This document shows, one piece after another, positions 1-10,403 of a DNA stretch of 64,000 bases. Below the pieces are notes generated by a model, which did not search any database, was not told the origin of the DNA, and worked only from the letters and a program-made list of their open reading frames with translations. The stretch is taken from positions 1 to 64,000 of the IMG/VR virus record IMGVR_UViG_3300045972_000146; one strand, written 5' to 3'. Position numbers and translations under genes: made by a program. Numbering within the stretch: position 1 is the stretch's first letter; every line of letters begins with the position of its first letter. The stretch is from a virus.

Positions 1-2058
1 ATTTTCTTGATCAGCAATTTCCTTCTGTTGTTGCATTCTCCTTTGCTCTATATCACTAAGCTTATTCTTTATTTGAGATATACTATCTAATGTCATGATC
101 TCAGCTATATCAAGTATACTGGCTCCATTCTGCATTGCAGGTTGATACAAAGTCTTAATTGATTCTAAGTTCTGTAGGTCCTTAGTAGAATCAGATGCAA
201 ATATATCCATATCTTCATAGAAGAATTTCTCAGATAACCTCATAAATGTCCTAGTAGAATCACTCATTACATATTGAACGTTATCTCTACCAGATCCCTT
301 CCAGGCTTCCTTAGCTGTATTCAATAGCATTCTAAGTGCATTCTTCTTACATTGATTATGCATCCAGAATAATGGCTCAGTAATATTAGCTGATTGTATA
401 ACGGATCTTTCTACATTACCAACCAATTCACTAGTATTAATAGCTCCTTGTCTTTGTCTACTTACGCCAGATATTTCAGATATCATATCCTCTATCTTAG
501 CAATGAGATTAATATACTGATCTATGACATTAGCCATAGTTAAATCTAATGCAGATATCTGATTAAATTGAGCTGGCTTGCCACCTTCTCTACCAGGTAT
601 ATCCCATCCTTCTTCATATGGGTTAATAAAGTTAACACCTACTGCAGAAAGATAATGCATCCACTTAGCAGCATCTATATTCATAGATTTAGGTATCTGC
701 GTAATATCCATATTTATTACTTTCCCTTTGTCTCTAGCAAGAGCAAGTTCAAGTCTATACCACACAATAATATACATATATTGTAGTGGCTTCATTATAG
801 ATACTAACGATTTAGATTGAGAGTTTGTATTACTATATATAACCCCAGAGTATGGTAGTTTTTGCGAATTCAAATTATCTTTAGAAGTAAATTGATATTC
901 CATCGGTTGAACTCCTACATATAGATCTTCTCCAATTCTATAACCTTCCCATACTTCAATAACCCATTTCCATTCTATATCTAATTCATTACCAATTACC
1001 ATATAGTCTTCGCTAACAATAGTTTGTTGTGGCATTCCCATTTCGTCTAATATGGTAACAAATCCAATCTTTTTATATGATTTCCATGTAGTATGCCATA
1101 GATTAACGTGATTAGACTTCATCAGATTGTCGTTTCCAGGGCCTCCTACGACCTTCATATCTAAATGGACGTAATCTACTGCTGATGGCATTTCCTTGCC
1201 ATATGAGCCAGGAGATGGCTTCTCGCCAGTCAATTCCAGTAACTTATCTAACTGTTTCTCATCCATTTTATCATACAGCCTATCGTAGGCCTCTGTATAA
1301 GATAATCTCATTCTTCTAACCGCCCAGTCACCATCTTCGATGAATTCTAAGTCAGGAGAATTATCATGTGCAAAGTATATAGGATTAACGCGTTCTTGAT
1401 CAGGCTCACCATTGATGATGCCAGTATAGTACACTTCCTTTCCAGCAATAAGAGCATCTTTCCAACCTTTATGGAATTCATGATCTAATCCAAGCTTTTC
1501 TTTTAAGTATGCAAGAGAGTGGTATGCACAGTCTTCTGCTATATCCTTATAACTCTTACTCATATATGTGGCTATTTTTTCAGGAGGCATTATTTCTCCA
1601 CTAGCTAGCTTTTCTTGAAACTCTTGAGCTTTTTCAGGATCCATTGCACCCATCATTTCTGACATGGTATAATCGATAAGCATTTGTTTCATCTTATCTT
1701 GTAGATCAGATCCAGCGTCTTGACTAGTTCTTACTATCCTAAAATTAAATGGTCGTTTGGTTTCTTCTCCAAGTAATAGATCAATTTTTGGTCTAATTAT
1801 ATTAAAGTTCTGTGGAGATGCAGGAAATCCATCAGATTGTTTATATGGATCAGTTACATACTGCAGATCTCTTTCGTCAAAAATACTATTATATAAATCA
1901 TAATAGGTTTGCATTTCTTCAAAATTAGTTCTATCGTATCCAGAAGGAACTGTCTCGCCCATTCCGATAATATAGTCTACGCATGCCTCTCCCCATTCAG
2001 ACGTCTTCTTTTTGGCGCTCAATTTTTGAGCAGGAAACATTCTTGTTATATTGTTCAT
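1..2058 (-). CDS. Portal protein (crAss-like), 3' end runs off the window
   Basis: Not in the ORF track because no stop lies in the window. ATG at 2058 gives MNNITRMFPAQKLSAKKKTSEWGEACVDYIIGMGE..., with NFNIIRPKIDLLLGEETKRPF further in. It lies directly downstream of the terminase, the usual crAss order. Confidence 0.85.
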   Translation of the reverse strand, partial: MNNITRMFPAQKLSAKKKTSEWGEACVDYIIGMGETVPSGYDRTNFEEMQTYYDLYNSIFDERDLQYVTDPYKQSDGFPASPQNFNIIRPKIDLLLGEETKRPFNFRIVRTSQDAGSDLQDKMKQMLIDYTMSEMMGAMDPEKAQEFQEKLASGEIMPPEKIATYMSKSYKDIAEDCAYHSLAYLKEKLGLDHEFHKGWKDALIAGKEVYYTGIINGEPDQERVNPIYFAHDNSPDLEFIEDGDWAVRRMRLSYTEAYDRLYDKMDEKQLDKLLELTGEKPSPGSYGKEMPSAVDYVHLDMKVVGGPGNDNLMKSNHVNLWHTTWKSYKKIGFVTILDEMGMPQQTIVSEDYMVIGNELDIEWKWVIEVWEGYRIGEDLYVGVQPMEYQFTSKDNLNSQKLPYSGVIYSNTNSQSKSLVSIMKPLQYMYIIVWYRLELALARDKGKVINMDITQIPKSMNIDAAKWMHYLSAVGVNFINPYEEGWDIPGREGGKPAQFNQISALDLTMANVIDQYINLIAKIEDMISEISGVSRQRQGAINTSELVGNVERSVIQSANITEPLFWMHNQCKKNALRMLLNTAKEAWKGSGRDNVQYVMSDSTRTFMRLSEKFFYEDMDIFASDSTKDLQNLESIKTLYQPAMQNGASILDIAEIMTLDSISQIKNKLSDIEQRRMQQQKEIADQEN

Positions 2059-2076
2059 TTATTGTAGTATTAAATA

Positions 2077-5000
2077 TTAATTCCAAGTAAAATTAATTGA
2101 CTTATCTCCAAGATCTTCTAACGACGATGAGCTTCCATAATATTCTTTTGAGAATAATGGCATGTCAAATAATTGCATTTTCTTAGAGTCTTGATTTTTT
2201 TTCTTTACATGCATGTTATGCAGTTGTTGTTTGTATATTAAAACCATCATCATAGCTATAACCCTATCGAAGTTTCCTTTATCATTGTATTGTATTAGTT
2301 CCTCTAACAGAGGTTCTGAAAATATAGTAGTAAGACATTTCTTGCCAGGAGCGAATTCCTCATTAAGATATTCCTTTATAAGCCCTTCTCCGTAGTCTTT
2401 TATGGGGACATTCATGTGAATTCCCTTTCTTCTTTGTACAGTGGACTTCCCTATGATGTCATTAATGATATCTGGCTGGTCGGCTAATAAGTAATCACAA
2501 TGCTTCTGTGTGAAGTATGGAAATATACCTTTTCGTTCATTTTCATATAGAAGTCTAGCATTATAATACATCAAAAGCTTTCTTACGTTCTCATAATAAT
2601 CCTCGGCAGTATCTGGCCTCCCGGTATATTCAGCCACAAGTATATCATAATACTCTTCAAAGTTTTGGAATCTCTTATATATGAATGTAGATCCAAGAGA
2701 GTTTGTTCCAGCCTTATCGTGATCATATGGGTCACATCCTGCGATATATAGTTGATTAGATGTATCCGTATTTGGGTGTTCCCATATAACTATACTTCCC
2801 TCATGTCTATCATCTCTATGTAATGGATAATTAGTTATATCTCCGCCCTTCTTTATTTGCCAGGACAGACTGCCATTTACCCAATTTAGATCTCCAACCT
2901 GCTTATGGTTTTGCAGCTTCTTATTAGTTCTTAGTGCCGCTAACTGCATCATTAATTCCTTCTTTGGAAATATATTGCCAGTAAGTTCTAATACTGCCTC
3001 TTGTGGCGTAATTGGGTTCTCTGCAATATATCTATCAATTGCTCTGGAATCAGATGCTCCATCAATAACTTTTTGTCGTTCTGACATAGCATATTCAGTA
3101 GCCTTCTCTCTTAGACTGTTACCGAATTTATCCATATACATCCTTGCTCCCTTTTCGTTGAGCACAGACATATTCGCATATACAGGAACAAAGAATCCAC
3201 AGTAGTTTCCATCTGCACCTTCATCCCATATATTGGAGAATGATTTTATGTTGTATCCAGACGGCTTATAGAATAATTCCTTTAATCCGTCAAATCTACT
3301 ACCTTCATCGCCTCCAGTACCAAATGCAATCATCAATCCATATGCAACACCATCCTCCTCTACAGAAGGTCTAGCTATTTGCCATGCCTGAAGTATGTCT
3401 TTAAATGATCCAGCTTCTTCCCATAGTATAAGTTTACCACGTTTACCACGAGCTCTATTGGGGTCATTCTTTAGCGTAACGCCGATTATCTCAGACTTAT
3501 ACCCTATCTCAGTTTCATTGCCCAGTTCATCCTTAACCTTAATACCAGACTTTCTATGCATCTTAGTGGTAACAGTTCTCTTTTTGCTCCAAGCAGTATG
3601 TTCATCTATAAAGTCCATTAGATCCCACGCCTTACTTAAAAGACCATCTCTTACAAGGAATTCGGTCTCAGCAGCAATTGCATATGATTTAGAGTTCTCT
3701 ATATGATAGTAGTTTCTAGCAAGCATAGATGCTCCTTTGAATGAGTTGTGGGTTGGAATAAAATCTTTTGTAAGATACATATGATTCTCATTATCTACAC
3801 ATATACATCTTTGTTTTTCCACTCTGTCTAACTTCACTATTTCTGTTATAGCTATTCTGTTTAAATTATTTTTTCTCGACCTTATATTTTTTAATTTTCT
3901 AGGTAGTCTAAATATATTTTTATCAGTAGTTATTGTTATTGCCCAAGAATCTCTAGTATTTGAAAAATTATTATTTCCAAAGTTTACATTGCTTCTTCCA
4001 CTAATCTTATTACTTTTTCTACATCTAATACCAAGACTTCTTGCAATAAATAAAAAATCATCTACTAATCTTTCTGATGTCGATACAAAAGAGCACGAAC
4101 CATTTGAATAAAAACCAGAAGTGGAACTTCCGTCTGTATCCATAAGCCCCTGAATTAAACTAAATCTATCTTCTATAGATGCGTATTTATAGTCATCCGG
4201 AATAAATTTATCGAAAGAATGAACGTTTAGACCATATTCTTTTACAGTTTTTATTAATTCGTTTTTATTGGAATTAGACTTAATTATACACTTAAATTTT
4301 TCATTATTGCATCTCTTTACATCATATTCTGATCCAAGAATTCTTTGCAACTCATCTAAAATAAAATCATCATCGGTATAAAAATATATAGAACTTCTAG
4401 TCAACCCACCATCCCCAATTAATACCCCAAGAATATATGGATTAATTAAAAGTTCGTCCCTACTATCAAATTTTACTGGATTTATTTCTGGCAATTTATA
4501 TCTATAACTAACCTTTCCTAATTTCCCCTGCTTTAATTTTCTTTCAGAATATTCTTTTGTTGTTAATATATGTATCTTATTTTTATAATAAGTGGTCCAT
4601 AAATGATTTTCTCCGCAAGTTACGCTTCTACCGTCTTGGAGCCTAACTTCGTACACGTCTTTTTCTCCTTGCTCTACTATTTCTCCAACCCTAATTGGAG
4701 ATCCATTTGGATTCATAACCCAATCCCCAACACCCAAAGAACCCATTTCCACGTATCCATTAGGAGTTAATACCATCTCAGAATAAGGCTGTTCGTATCC
4801 AGCTCCACGTTTCTTTAGAACTACCATATGCTTACCCTCATCCTCGGCTTCTTGTATAGCAGAAAAGTAGTAATAATCATAGTCATAGAAATCCGGGAAC
4901 TCCCTAGTCTTCTCTCTGCGCTTCTTTATGTCTCCGAATCTATCTTTGTACTCATATTCAACAAGTCTTAATATAGGACAGTAGTTTAAGTAGAAGTAAT

Positions 5001-5190
5001 TATATCCACTTATATAATCTCCATCTGGCGCAGTAAAACCATTAATACATCTCTCTTGCTCGGTGTTCCAATACTCAAAGTATTCTGTTGTTCCTGAGGG
5101 TGCAAAACAGTAAACACCATGCTTCTGAAAGGAGATGCACGGTGTTCTAAATTTGTCGGTATTTAATATTCTTTTATTAAAATTGACCAT
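2077..5190 (-). CDS. terL: Terminase large subunit with intein
   Basis: ISGYNYFYLNYCPI; Walker A region LKKRGAGY|SFKGAS split by an intein; Walker B LILWEEAG; FGTGG; nuclease motifs AGCDPYD and GNFDRV. Confidence 0.95.
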   Translation of the reverse strand: MVNFNKRILNTDKFRTPCISFQKHGVYCFAPSGTTEYFEYWNTEQERCINGFTAPDGDYISGYNYFYLNYCPILRLVEYEYKDRFGDIKKRREKTREFPDFYDYDYYYFSAIQEAEDEGKHMVVLKKRGAGYEQPYSEMVLTPNGYVEMGSLGVGDWVMNPNGSPIRVGEIVEQGEKDVYEVRLQDGRSVTCGENHLWTTYYKNKIHILTTKEYSERKLKQGKLGKVSYRYKLPEINPVKFDSRDELLINPYILGVLIGDGGLTRSSIYFYTDDDFILDELQRILGSEYDVKRCNNEKFKCIIKSNSNKNELIKTVKEYGLNVHSFDKFIPDDYKYASIEDRFSLIQGLMDTDGSSTSGFYSNGSCSFVSTSERLVDDFLFIARSLGIRCRKSNKISGRSNVNFGNNNFSNTRDSWAITITTDKNIFRLPRKLKNIRSRKNNLNRIAITEIVKLDRVEKQRCICVDNENHMYLTKDFIPTHNSFKGASMLARNYYHIENSKSYAIAAETEFLVRDGLLSKAWDLMDFIDEHTAWSKKRTVTTKMHRKSGIKVKDELGNETEIGYKSEIIGVTLKNDPNRARGKRGKLILWEEAGSFKDILQAWQIARPSVEEDGVAYGLMIAFGTGGDEGSRFDGLKELFYKPSGYNIKSFSNIWDEGADGNYCGFFVPVYANMSVLNEKGARMYMDKFGNSLREKATEYAMSERQKVIDGASDSRAIDRYIAENPITPQEAVLELTGNIFPKKELMMQLAALRTNKKLQNHKQVGDLNWVNGSLSWQIKKGGDITNYPLHRDDRHEGSIVIWEHPNTDTSNQLYIAGCDPYDHDKAGTNSLGSTFIYKRFQNFEEYYDILVAEYTGRPDTAEDYYENVRKLLMYYNARLLYENERKGIFPYFTQKHCDYLLADQPDIINDIIGKSTVQRRKGIHMNVPIKDYGEGLIKEYLNEEFAPGKKCLTTIFSEPLLEELIQYNDKGNFDRVIAMMMVLIYKQQLHNMHVKKKNQDSKKMQLFDMPLFSKEYYGSSSSLEDLGDKSINFTWN
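3745..4794 (-). mobile_element. 350-aa intein with LAGLIDADG homing endonuclease, class-3-like
   Basis: Starts EQPYSEMVLTPNG; block B VTCGENHLW; LAGLIDADG motifs LGVLIGDG and IQGLMDTDG; block F/G KQRCICVDNENHMYLTKDFIPTHN followed by Ser+1. Confidence 0.92.
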
Positions 5191-5205
5191 TCAACTGTAT
5201 TGTTA

Positions 5206-5427
5206 TTAGCTTCGTAACCATTTATTAAATTTGGCAATTTGACGTTTTAACCAACCAATTTTCTTTGCAGGAACTGTTTTAATCTCTACGATTGCTTCTA
5301 CCGGAATATTAATTTGCTCTACTACTTGTTTTGGTTTTTTATGATAACGTTTCTTGTTATTTGTTTTCTTTACTTGCGCAACAGCATCAGTACTTACTAC
5401 CGGAGTTACTTTTTTATTGTCTTCCAT
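5206..5427 (-). CDS. Hypothetical basic protein
   Basis: 73-aa ORF, co-oriented in the late operon. Confidence 0.6.
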   Translation of the reverse strand: MEDNKKVTPVVSTDAVAQVKKTNNKKRYHKKPKQVVEQINIPVEAIVEIKTVPAKKIGWLKRQIAKFNKWLRS

Positions 5428-5652
5428 AATCTAATTATTGTGTTTAATCTATTAAACGGTTTTTAATTTCTTTTGTTTACTTTGGTGTTGTTCTGTATAC
5501 AACTCAAGTTTCTCATTAAGTTCTTTTATATTGGAATTAATTATTGACCCGACTACCCATATGTGAGCAATTATTGCCAATGAGAATCCTGTTATAAATA
5601 ATACTATGTTAGTATAATTATCACTACAAATGTATGTCATATTAGTCACTTA

Positions 5653-6048
5653 TTAATTTATTCTCATTTGATCAAATTCTACTTTTCCTTCTTTTATCAA
5701 TTTTCTTATATTCTTCTGAGTATCACTTAGTCTAGATTCTCCAGACTTTATTTCTAAAAAAATTACCTTATCTTCTTCGAATATTATATAGTCTATAGGA
5801 TTTCCAAGAAAGTGGCATTTCTTTGGATTATATTTAAACTCCTTTAAAAATGGAGCTAAGTTCTCAGATATCTGGCCAAGTCTAACTTCTGATGATTTCT
5901 TTTGGCTGAGCAATAACATATAACGTTGCTCTGCTGCCATTCTTTTATTATCAATAGATATGATCCATATTCTACATAAATATAGAACAATAATCATGGC
6001 TATTACATTTATTATTGATATTATCATTTTAGTATTGATATAAAACAA
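5653..6048 (-). CDS. Holliday-junction-resolvase-like PD-(D/E)XK endonuclease with N-terminal membrane anchor
   Basis: GQISENLAPF, FLGNPIDYIIF, FLEIKSG...LSDTQKNIRK motifs; hydrophobic N-terminus. Confidence 0.8.
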   Translation of the reverse strand: MFYINTKMIISIINVIAMIIVLYLCRIWIISIDNKRMAAEQRYMLLLSQKKSSEVRLGQISENLAPFLKEFKYNPKKCHFLGNPIDYIIFEEDKVIFLEIKSGESRLSDTQKNIRKLIKEGKVEFDQMRIN

Positions 6049-6545
6049 CCTGGGTTAAGTTTGTCTACTGAGTACCATTTATTGTCTATTTGCATTGGTA
6101 ATGGCAAGATACAATCCATATTGTCGTCCTCAATAATATCGAATGCCACTAGGAGGTCGAAAACTATCTGGCATATATTATGAAAATCAAACTTAGCTTT
6201 TGTCTGGCGAACAAAGTGAATACCAATCTTGACGGGCTTTATCCCATGGCTGATCGAGAGTAATTGAGAAAGTTCCTCCACTGGGAATAGACATTGCCGC
6301 GTTTTGTAATAAGTTACTTCTTTTCTCGAAACTGAGTAATGTTGAATTCCCATTTCCCGCAAGAATTTTCCCACCGTCTTTGAGTGGAAGACTCCCTTGC
6401 TCGTTGCTACTTTGCTGTTCTTGCTGCTTGGAATCGATCCATTTATGAAGACCATCTGCTGGCCCTCTATAACCGTAGAATAACTCATTAAACCATTCTC
6501 GTTCTCTTTTTTTAACCCACGCGTCATATGCTTTCCAGTTTTCAT
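6024..6545 (-). CDS. RusA-like endodeoxyribonuclease (true start may be internal)
   Basis: IPSSKNSK ... FDFHNICQIVFDLL...IIEDDN matches the RusA D-x-x-N...D...DD pattern. Confidence 0.65.
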   Translation of the reverse strand: MKTGKHMTRGLKKENENGLMSYSTVIEGQQMVFINGSIPSSKNSKVATSKGVFHSKTVGKFLREMGIQHYSVSRKEVTYYKTRQCLFPVEELSQLLSISHGIKPVKIGIHFVRQTKAKFDFHNICQIVFDLLVAFDIIEDDNMDCILPLPMQIDNKWYSVDKLNPGCFISILK

Positions 6546-6892
6546 AATTTGTCCATTTCATTACTACGTTTTGCTCTGACTTTCCCATCTTTTATTAATT
6601 GTTCTATATAACCTTCTTTAATCCATGGATACCAATCAAATTCTGGTAATGGTTTTGAAGCAATGTAAATATCTCCGTATTTTGTAGTATTCCATTCTGG
6701 CTCTTTTTCCCAAAATACTTCGAAGTCAAGCCATAGATCTTTGTCTGCAAATAGTTCTTTTCCATGCTCCTTGTTGTATTCCTCATCCAAATAAAGAACT
6801 GATCCAATCTTATCTCCAGATAGTCTTTCTAGTCTTTCGAATTTAAATCCCTGCGTAAATTCAGCTTTATTTGGAGTGTAATAATTGTCCAT
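6542..6892 (-). CDS. Hypothetical protein
   Basis: 116-aa ORF overlapping its neighbours in the operon. Confidence 0.6.
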   Translation of the reverse strand: MDNYYTPNKAEFTQGFKFERLERLSGDKIGSVLYLDEEYNKEHGKELFADKDLWLDFEVFWEKEPEWNTTKYGDIYIASKPLPEFDWYPWIKEGYIEQLIKDGKVRAKRSNEMDKL

Positions 6893-7124
6893 ATTTTTCT
6901 ATCATTTTAGATTCAAACTGCTTTAATATAGAATACAGATTATTATCATGTTCTATCATTACCTCTTCTGGTAAATTAATCTTGCCATTAATCAAACCCA
7001 TATAGGTAGTCTTTTCTTCTGGTAGCATCTGATTCCATACCTTAGTAAATGGATTCTTATTGTTTGCATCAACTATCTTTTGAATAGTCTTTTGATGTCT
7101 TCTAAATCTTTTAAGTGAGTCCAT
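6867..7124 (-). CDS. Hypothetical protein
   Basis: 85-aa ORF, translationally coupled to the upstream gene. Confidence 0.6.
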   Translation of the reverse strand: MDSLKRFRRHQKTIQKIVDANNKNPFTKVWNQMLPEEKTTYMGLINGKINLPEEVMIEHDNNLYSILKQFESKMIEKYGQLLHSK

Positions 7125-7447
7125 TATTTCTTAGTCTTTTCAAATTGATGAAGTAGATTGGAAAATGCTTCTACAAATTCTTCGTTGCTAGATAGATCAT
7201 GTTTACCAAGTATATCTAATATGCCGTGCACTAATTCATGATAAAATGAAGCTTCCATATAGTCTATATTACAATCTTCTCCTCTAAAATTAGTGGCTAC
7301 ATAAATCTTTCCAGTGGGAAGAATTATCTGACCAACATTAGTTCCTAAATCATTCTTAACCAATTCAACGCTAATCGTAGACCCGCCAAGTACAAAGTTA
7401 TTTGGTATTAATTTGTTTTTCATATTATCTCTTCTTTGGTATTTCAT
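7124..7447 (-). CDS. Small HEXXH zincin-like protein
   Basis: FYHELVHGIL ... EEFVE motif. Confidence 0.65.
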   Translation of the reverse strand: MKYQRRDNMKNKLIPNNFVLGGSTISVELVKNDLGTNVGQIILPTGKIYVATNFRGEDCNIDYMEASFYHELVHGILDILGKHDLSSNEEFVEAFSNLLHQFEKTKK

Positions 7448-7964
7448 AATGTCCTATCTCATTTCCACCTCTAACAGTACTAGATTCTAATTCATCCTTA
7501 CGTACTTGTTTTTCTAATGACGCTATAGACTTAATTGTCTTATCTAATATAGCAGCCGCAGATAAAGTTTCTTTAACTACTTTCATATCCATATCACTAC
7601 CAGGATCTTGTTCTAAGTATCTAGACATAATCTCTAGTCTATTTCTAAATCCCCTAAGTAATTTAAGATTTAGTGTGTCTAAGAACTCTATATAAGTCTG
7701 TTCTGCATACTTAAACTTCTCATCTTTAATTACCTCATTACCATCAAATAGTTCTAACTCCAACTTTCTTTTTCTTTCCTCTGCATACATTGAAGTAACA
7801 TATGGGCTGTCTGGATGATTGTTTAATACTATATATGAGATAATGTTATTGGCTAAGTTCTTATCAGTCTCGGTCTCCCATATGGATTTGAAACATGGAA
7901 TTCCTAATGTATCGGAATGTATTACTACTTTACCACCGAGAATATCAAACAGTTTATTGCTCAT
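7425..7964 (-). CDS. crAss-like hypothetical protein (terminase small subunit candidate)
   Basis: Helical 179-aa protein ending in VRGG, upstream of terL. The function is an inference. Confidence 0.5.
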   Translation of the reverse strand: MSNKLFDILGGKVVIHSDTLGIPCFKSIWETETDKNLANNIISYIVLNNHPDSPYVTSMYAEERKRKLELELFDGNEVIKDEKFKYAEQTYIEFLDTLNLKLLRGFRNRLEIMSRYLEQDPGSDMDMKVVKETLSAAAILDKTIKSIASLEKQVRKDELESSTVRGGNEIGHYEIPKKR

Positions 7965-8092
7965 TGTTTATTTTCTTATCTATATCAAGTAATCTAGTTT
8001 TAATACTAGATAGATTTTTTATCTCATGATCAGTTAGACCAATTCTCATATCCAATCTATCTAGTGTATTCTCTAATTGTCTTCTTTCTGTT

Positions 8093-8542
8093 TTAAGCGA
8101 TACTTTCTTGAACATTCTCTTCTTCTATTACTTCTTGTTTAACTTCTGCTATCTCTGCTGGTAATTCTGTTATTTCTATCTTGGGCAATTCTAGGATGAT
8201 CATCTTTGCAAACACCTCTCCTACTTCGTATATAACTGGTACAGAATCTGTATTAGTTTTAAATCTAGCAACCATATGTTTAGGACTAGCTGATGTGAAT
8301 GTTGCTACTGCATTTGTTAGAACTAATGAATTTACAAATCCATTATCTGCCAGGAACAACATACCAACATGTCCCTCTGGGATATCAATCTCCAATCCAG
8401 TTCTATATTCCAATACCAATCTTCCATCTCTTCCCTGACCAGTAGCTAAATTTGTACACGTTAATTCAAACGAGTTACCATCGCTAGATACAGTTGGCAT
8501 TACTGCCTTTTCGTCTATTCTCTTTATATTTAATTGTGTCAT
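8093..8542 (-). CDS. dUTPase-fold protein with degenerate catalytic motifs
   Basis: IKRIDEKAVMPT, YRTGLEIDIPEGHVGML, LTNAVA and YEVGEVFAKMII follow the trimeric dUTPase scaffold. Confidence 0.7.
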   Translation of the reverse strand: MTQLNIKRIDEKAVMPTVSSDGNSFELTCTNLATGQGRDGRLVLEYRTGLEIDIPEGHVGMLFLADNGFVNSLVLTNAVATFTSASPKHMVARFKTNTDSVPVIYEVGEVFAKMIILELPKIEITELPAEIAEVKQEVIEEENVQESIA

Positions 8543-8875
8543 TATTTCTTTACTGGTTTTTTCTTAGTTCCACATTTGTTTTTCATGTCTGTTCTTTTAG
8601 TTTTTTCCAAGTATATACTAATCCAAATACATACTTTCTAATTATTGTTAATTTAAATCCATCTATAATATCATTAATCTTATAATCTTTATCTGAGTTA
8701 TTTACATGATCCTCTTTAATTGGCATCATCTCTTCGTCTATATAAAAATTGATATCTGGATTAATCATCTAATTTCTTTAAAAAATTTGTTCTCTTTGGA
8801 CATATCTTTCGCCCTTCTATACATTCTTTTGCTCTTTCAGCGCTACCTTTACATGATGAGTTGCATATTGCGTAA

Positions 8876-9136
8876 TTAAACGCTCTCATTACCATCTCTT
8901 TTGAGTAAAGCCTTTTCTCTTGCTTTGCCATATAAAAATCTTTTGTTTCCTTTTAATCTGTTCTTTAATTTGATTTTAAATAGGTATATAAACATTAATG
9001 TTTTTTCGTCATCAGGATCTGATATTCTTCTTGATGCAAATATGAAAGGATGATTACATATCATAGAAACAATGTTCTTATGTAAGCCGTGCTTCTTTGC
9101 TAAAACAGAATATATGTCTGAGTTTTTTGATACCAT
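8876..9136 (-). CDS. HU/IHF-like DNA-binding protein
   Basis: Small basic protein, DIYSVLAKKHGLHKNIVSMIC; IHF-like genes are typical of crAss late modules. Confidence 0.5.
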   Translation of the reverse strand: MVSKNSDIYSVLAKKHGLHKNIVSMICNHPFIFASRRISDPDDEKTLMFIYLFKIKLKNRLKGNKRFLYGKAREKALLKRDGNESV

Positions 9137-9295
9137 GGTCTTTCCACTAATATAATAGTGCGTTTATAATTTCGTCTTGGGTTATTCCTTCTAAACAAAT
9201 TCCCAAGTATATTAGAATTATCATACAACTTAAATCCGGAATCGTCTCTTCTTGAGAAGAGTCCTCTGAATGTTGGATAATCACTAGGAGTAAAT

Positions 9296-9664
9296 CTATT
9301 CCTCATTTTCTTTTATTTTTAATATCATTGTTATTTGAACTACTTTGTTTCCGATTAAAATTGGCACTAAAGCTTTGTTCATTACTAAGAACTGCCCTTC
9401 TCTTATGAAGATACCTTTCTCTCTGAACATCTTTATATATCGGCATAGATTATCTTTTGTTATAGAAGTAATCTTCGTAATTAGTTTTCTATTCGCAGTA
9501 GAATCTATGCTCTCTATAGTCTTGCCTCTTCTACCTAATTGAATGTCTAGAAATAAAGATAGTAATTCTAACTCTCTATCAGTTAAGTCTAGCAGTCCAT
9601 TTAGACTACGTAAAAACTCATATCCAAGCTTATCTAATGATACTGTTTTTACTAATTTGTTCAT
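9296..9664 (-). CDS. Winged-helix DNA-binding protein (RepL-like)
   Basis: LTDRELELL ... ITKDNLCRYIKMFREKGIF HTH-like pattern. Confidence 0.55.
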   Translation of the reverse strand: MNKLVKTVSLDKLGYEFLRSLNGLLDLTDRELELLSLFLDIQLGRRGKTIESIDSTANRKLITKITSITKDNLCRYIKMFREKGIFIREGQFLVMNKALVPILIGNKVVQITMILKIKENEE

Positions 9665-9666
9665 TG

Positions 9667-10242
9667 TTATGCTACTAATTTCTTAAGTAAGTCGATCATA
9701 TTAGTATAAACTGTTAGTGCTTCATCAGCCCATTCAACTCGTTCTCCACTAATAAATCTGTCTTCAAGTTCTTCTTTATATTGAAGTTCTTTCTCAGTAT
9801 ATTCTTTTAGCTTCTCATCAACCCTATTATAGAGCCTGTCTAAATTTTCTTTTAGATTAGAAGTACATTTCATCTCTGAGGCCAAGTCGTCTTTAAGTGC
9901 AGAGATTACCTTTTTAAGTTCATAGTTTTCTTTGTTGTGAAACATTACTGATTCGCTTAATTCATCTATCTGCTCTTCTAGCTTTACTGCGTAATCTCCT
10001 AGTTTAAATTTCTTTCTAGGTTCTGGATCTTCAAAGTATTCAATTGGTTTGAATTCATCGATATTCAATAATGATGCAGATAAAGATATAAATCTTTGTG
10101 CAGTATATGGCACCCCTAATAGATCTCCAGCCACTTCGATGTCTAATTCAAAGTTACTATTACTATCATTTCTTGTTAGTACATCACCAACTTCTAATCC
10201 AGTTAGTGGCTTTACTACTTCTATTGTTTTAATATTATTCAT
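9667..10242 (-). CDS. Hypothetical coiled-coil protein
   Basis: 191-aa ORF with heptad-rich C-terminal half. Confidence 0.65.
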   Translation of the reverse strand: MNNIKTIEVVKPLTGLEVGDVLTRNDSNSNFELDIEVAGDLLGVPYTAQRFISLSASLLNIDEFKPIEYFEDPEPRKKFKLGDYAVKLEEQIDELSESVMFHNKENYELKKVISALKDDLASEMKCTSNLKENLDRLYNRVDEKLKEYTEKELQYKEELEDRFISGERVEWADEALTVYTNMIDLLKKLVA

Positions 10243-10287
10243 ATTAGCTATTTTAATTAAATTGTTATACGTATAACGTTCTATATA

Positions 10288-10317
10288 TATAAACGTATAA
10301 AAGTAAAAAAGGTTGTA
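10288..10317 (-). promoter_or_regulatory. Putative late promoter, AAC-N16-CGTT
   Basis: TACAACCTTTTTTACTTTTATACGTTTATA upstream of the 10242 ORF; same motif and spacing at 11886 and 12484. Confidence 0.65.
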
Positions 10318-10345
10318 TTAACTATGCAATTATTTTCAATAAAAT

Positions 10346-10376
10346 AAAAAAGGCCCCGAGAATTAACTCGAGACCT
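10346..10376 (-). terminator. Intrinsic terminator after RNase H gene
   Basis: AGGTCTCGAG-TTAATT-CTCGGGGCCT followed by a T run on the minus strand. Confidence 0.7.
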
Positions 10377-10403
10377 CATTCATAATACAATTAAAACAAA
10401 CTT

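Noticed and set aside
568-3706. Short plus-strand ORFs opposite portal and terL, and similar antisense ORFs elsewhere
   Set aside because: They are shadow frames of long genuine genes.
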